DNA of 64,000 bases. It comes from Octopus vulgaris. Taxonomy: Eukaryota. The DNA lies in contig OX597826.1 of the NCBI GenBank assembly GCA_951406725.2, positions 25,916,001-25,980,000 of the forward strand. Reading direction: 5' to 3'. Both the position numbers and the translations under genes were made by a program. This document shows positions 59,099-64,000 of the stretch, one piece after another. The first letter of the stretch is position 1. Every line of letters begins with the position of its first letter. The notes beneath the pieces were generated by a model, which ran no database searches, was not told the DNA's origin, and saw only the letters and a program-made list of their open reading frames with translations.

Positions 59099-59278
59099 TT
59101 CTCTCACTCAATGCTGGAGATGTCGACAACATTGCAATTACTAATAAAAAATGCGTCTGCAGAAACGAAACAGCCTTTTTCAGCTTGGAGATGTTACCAA
59201 CAAGGACTCGCTGTGACTGCAGTACCTATCGATCAACCACAAGTTGCGTCATTCAGTCAATTGTATATGACATATATG
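59099..59278 (+). CDS. Gene C exon 2: Cys-rich
   Basis: Acceptor cttcatattctag|, donor G|gtgagt, 180 nt, phase 1-1: (V)LSLNAGDVDNIAITNKKCVCRNETAFFSLEMLPTRTRCDCSTYRSTTSCVIQSIVYDIY. Confidence 0.75.
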
Positions 59279-60004
59279 GTGAGTTCTTGTTGTTGATGTT
59301 GTTGTTGTTGTTGTTTTTCTTCTTCTTCTTCTTCTTCTTCTTCTTCTTCTTCTTCTTCTTCTTCTTCTTCTTCTTCTTCTTCTTCTTCTTCTTCTTCTTC
59401 TTCTCCTCCTCCTCCTCCTCCTCCTCCTCCTCCTCCTCCTCCTCTTTCTTCTTCTTTTTCAGATTGAGAGCAACACATACCATCAGAATGACACTGCGAT
59501 ACAAATATTCTAAGCGCAATATACCCACCATGAATGCCTGACTGATAAGGGTACACTAGGCCCATGCATCACAACCATATGTGCGCGACATACTGATATC
59601 ATATTAAGATAAACATCTCATGAGCTTGTAGGTGGGACTCAGTTAGAATTGTCCTCGAGTTAAGTGTCCCATCCCTCTCAAAGGTTCCCTGAATAAAGAC
59701 TGCAAAAAGATGTCGAATGAAACACCCATGTTTTCAGAGGTGAATTATTCAAACCCTAAAGAATTCCCATCAACACATGGCTATGATGCTTGCCCTCTAC
59801 TTCAGCTCGTGAGCAGAGATACACAAATCGTCGACCACTAAGGTACATATTCAGCTGGATAAGGTCAAGCAAACGACAAGCAAATCTGAGGTATTGAGCA
59901 GAATATTTGCTGTAGCCGAAACTGGACCAACACAAAAGAGGTACATGTTAAAACTGCCAATCAGGTATGATCAGAGTCTATGAGAGCCACTGCTCTCATG
60001 GCAC

Positions 60005-60097
<93 letters not shown>

Positions 60098-60494
60098 TTG
60101 TTGTTCTTACTAGTAACAGCTGTAAGATCCATTTTATATTTATATTTATTTATATGTATTGTTTTTTATGGTATTATATTACTCATTGATGTGTACTGTT
60201 TTATTCTGTATTATTATGTTTGATCTGGATGTTCCTATATAATTAGTTAATAAATTATATGAATTTGTATTATCTAGTAGTTGATGATTGATTAAAATAT
60301 ATTCCTCCATTTTCTTATTTTGTATTATAAATTTGAGGTAAAACATTTTACCTTCGCCCATATAATACAATAAATGAATTAATTGCATCGCAATTCTTAG
60401 CATTTATGTATTAGCATTTCTGGGTGCTTTACTGGCAGTATATTGGATAAATGTTATCCCATAGAGGGTTACACTCACAACCCCTATCTCACTT

Positions 60495-60556
<62 letters not shown>

Positions 60557-60629
60557 CTTGGTGGTAAATGGATGTACTATTAAATTAGTATCCAATTTTC
60601 CCACCCTTATCGGTTGATTATATATATAA

Positions 60630-60710
<81 letters not shown>

Positions 60711-60743
60711 CTCTCTATATATATCTACCTATCTACCTATCTA

Positions 60744-60784
<41 letters not shown>

Positions 60785-60991
60785 GCTACTATCTTGGGTA
60801 TATTTTAATTTTCTTTATATAAATACATTAAAAGAAGAATGTTTTGGTTTTGTTTTACATGTTTCGGTTTTTGAAAAACCTTCTCAAAAATACTTACTAA
60901 AATGGAAAATGTAGAGAAAAAAGAGCTATCAATAAATTAAATTAAAATTAAAATTAACATTCATAGTTTACTTTTCTTCTTTTTCTGCAAG

Positions 60992-61071
60992 AGCACGTGG
61001 TAATTCCCGTTAATTTTCGTGGCATGACAAGTTTTACTGACGGTGACCACAAATTACTTCTATCTGTGAAG
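60992..61071 (+). CDS. Candidate gene C exon
   Basis: Pyrimidine-rich acceptor ttttcttctttttctgcaag|, donor AAG|gtaact; open in phase 1: (E)HVVIPVNFRGMTSFTDGDHKLLLSVK; ends in phase 0. Confidence 0.4.
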
Positions 61072-61307
61072 GTAACTTAAATAGTGTGATCAAGACTTTG
61101 TTTTCTGTAGGAGTGGCTGAAGCAGTCGAATAACTAGCAGCAGTAGTAATAATGGCCGTCGTGGTGAAGTTGTTTCCCCTGGGAAGAAGAGCTAATCAGG
61201 ATACATACGTATGGGTTGGATACATATGTGTTCTGGACTTGCGTTCTTCATCGCCTACATTCTTTGATATATTCGTAAATACATATATACATGCATATAT
61301 ACACGCA

Positions 61308-61391
<84 letters not shown>

Positions 61392-61703
61392 TGTATATAT
61401 TATATATACATTGTTGTATTTCGGAATGGCCATTTTGCCAGTTTAGCCAATAAAAACACACGCACTATATATTTGGTGTTACTTTGCTTCAGTATTATTT
61501 ATTTTTTACATTAAACTTAATCGTATTTCGGCTAGAGTTCTTTCGTCACACTCCTGTTTATTAGCTAAACTGGCAAAATGACCATTCCGAAATACAACAA
61601 TATCTGTTTCAACACACGACTTCACGTAAAAAATCTTGCACAACAAATATATTATATGTATATATTTATGTATATGTATATATACACTCATACATACATA
61701 TGC

Positions 61704-61758
<55 letters not shown>

Positions 61759-62094
61759 AAATATGTATGTATATGTATATATTCATATATATGTGCATGT
61801 GTACGTATGTATATGATGGGCTACCAAGCGACCGAGTAAATCAGAACAAGAACAGTGGTTTAAGAAGTAAGTATCGTGGTCGCTTCGATTAACTAGAACT
61901 CTTGAAGGCAGTGCACCAATATGGTTACATACTATGAAATGGAACATTATATAAGACTTGCCATTTAAGGAAATGTCCTATAAATATCAAATAAGGTGAT
62001 TACAGCAATATGTTTATCACTAATTATTTCGATATACAATATACTGCTTTTTTTCTGTTTTGGTGAAACTAAATTAAAAATTATTTTCTTTCAG

Positions 62095-62178
62095 CATGTT
62101 TTGTGTTCAAGGTGTTACCGTCATTGTACGAAATAAGTGTATACTCCAGAGGTATTCCGTTAGGAACACAAAAAGGCA
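62095..62178 (+). CDS. Candidate gene C exon (84 nt; frame ambiguous)
   Basis: Acceptor ttattttctttcag|, donor A|gtaagt. Phase 1 reads ACFVFKVLPSLYEISVYSRGIPLGTQKG; phase 2 reads MFCVQGVTVIVRNKCILQRYSVRNTKR. Confidence 0.55.
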
Positions 62179-62708
62179 GTAAGTAATATACTCTCAATTG
62201 CGTCGTTGTCACCATTAATACAACTTACCCATAAAATGAACCAGCAATCAGCCAGATATCCTCCCTGTGTCCAATTTTACCACTGCCACATAGCATACAC
62301 ACCTAGTTACCACCACATGCATACACACACATGCACTCAATTACTGACACAATCACACACACACACGCTATTATGCCCCGCGCGTACATACCCACACATA
62401 CACACAGATGCCTCCTTTTCTTACACTCTCCTGTCTTAGAAAGAACTTTTTCTTCGTCCATTCCCTTCTGGTCATTTCAAAATGTAACTTCATGTGGATT
62501 GTTGGCGATTTTTTCTCACCGTCTTCCTTTTCTTTTGGTCTTTCTTCTGTCTCCTATTTCTGAAAAAGCGCTCCGCTCGAAACGTAGGACACCCTTTATT
62601 TCCTCCCCTGAGCGTCTTTGCATGTACCACGTCCTCAGGTTGTTGTTTTTTCTTGTGTTTCTTCTTCGTTATTGTTTATTAACTATATATATATATATAT
62701 ATATATGT

Positions 62709-62769
<61 letters not shown>

Positions 62770-63024
62770 AAATAAGAAAATGGAGGGGTTCAATAGGTGG
62801 TTCATCAACTTTTAGACATATATTATGTCAACTTATTTGTTTATTTACCAAAATGACAATTACAAGGATATACATTCATGTATAACATGCTTTAATCTCT
62901 GATAATGTAATAGCAATGCAATAAAAAACACTTGTGTATTAATAATTGGGTATTCTACCAGCAGTATATTGGGTAGATATTATCCTCCCTTAGTTGGTTG
63001 GATTCACAACCTCTAACTTTCTTG

Positions 63025-63101
<77 letters not shown>

Positions 63102-63566
63102 CTTTGATACTTTGATACTTTGATAGGTTTCGGCCATTATTGGTCCAGGCCATGTCTAACTTAATAGCACCACCTGGTCTATATATATATATTATTTTTT
63201 GCCTGTTTTAATCATTAGACGGCGGCCATGGTGGGATACAATCTTGAAATATTTTGGGTCGAATGAAACCTAGTATTTTGAATTTTGAGCTTGATACTTA
63301 TTCAGTCGGTGTCTTTTGCCGAACCGTTAAGTTGCGATGACGTAAACACACAAGCGCTGCTTGTCAAGCGATGGTGTAGGACAGACAAAAACAGGCATAT
63401 ATACATAAAATATACGGCAAGTTTCTTTCAGTTTCCGTCTACCATATTCACCCAGAAGGCCCGAGACTATAGTAGAAAACACACTCTCAAGGTGCCACGC
63501 AATGGTTCTGAACCCAGAGCAATGTGGTTGGGAAGCAAGCTTCTTACCACACTGCTACGCCCATGG

Positions 63567-63662
<96 letters not shown>

Positions 63663-64000
63663 GTCTATATACATACATGCAGGCATACAGACATGAACAT
63701 ACTCACACACACACATACACACACATACACACACACACACACACACTCACACACACACACATACACACACACACACACACACACGCACACACACACACAC
63801 ACTAACATAGTGCTGATTTTATTTAATTATTTATGTTTCCCTGATTAGTTCTTTCAATTTATTATTTTTCAGAAGGGAGAGAACTGTTCTGCTTTTCCAA
63901 TGGTAAAACTTGCTTTTACACCACTACCAAGATATCTAGAGGCAAATATCATTTTTGCATGTATGCTAATGTGGGGTTTAGGCTGACATTGACATGTATC

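Noticed and set aside
61111-61275. Exon after the strong-looking acceptor ttttctgtag
   Set aside because: All three frames stop within 27 nt, and the intron from 61072 would be only 39 nt.

Overview
Repeat-saturated, AT-rich metazoan genomic DNA. Its microsatellite load and SINE families look like Octopus/coleoid cephalopod (inference, not searched). Almost all tracked ORFs are microsatellite or transposon artefacts. Reading splice signals by hand shows a cluster of three apparently paralogous intron-containing genes for secreted Cys-containing proteins: A (+, 102-26104), B (-, 45111-34942) and C (+, from 54360, incomplete). Each begins with a 91-nt phase-1 signal-peptide exon, followed by a symmetric phase-1 exon with C-x8-C. 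A and B share a C-x16/17-GCF motif in exon 3. Gene A also carries 109 indel-free 48-bp units encoding SD(H/N)GYYGGDDVE peptides separated mostly by RKVR convertase-type sites, so it looks like a very high-copy peptide polyprotein. Its simplest exon 2-3 splice makes an in-frame TGA, and A and B both hide a CC-x-Y peptide behind their stop codons. The rest is R4/Dong-type RLE retrotransposons in (TAA)n, an RTE LINE, Tc1/mariner and piggyBac-like relics, several SINE families, and Penelope-like inverted repeats with hammerhead ribozyme motifs. No database searches were run.
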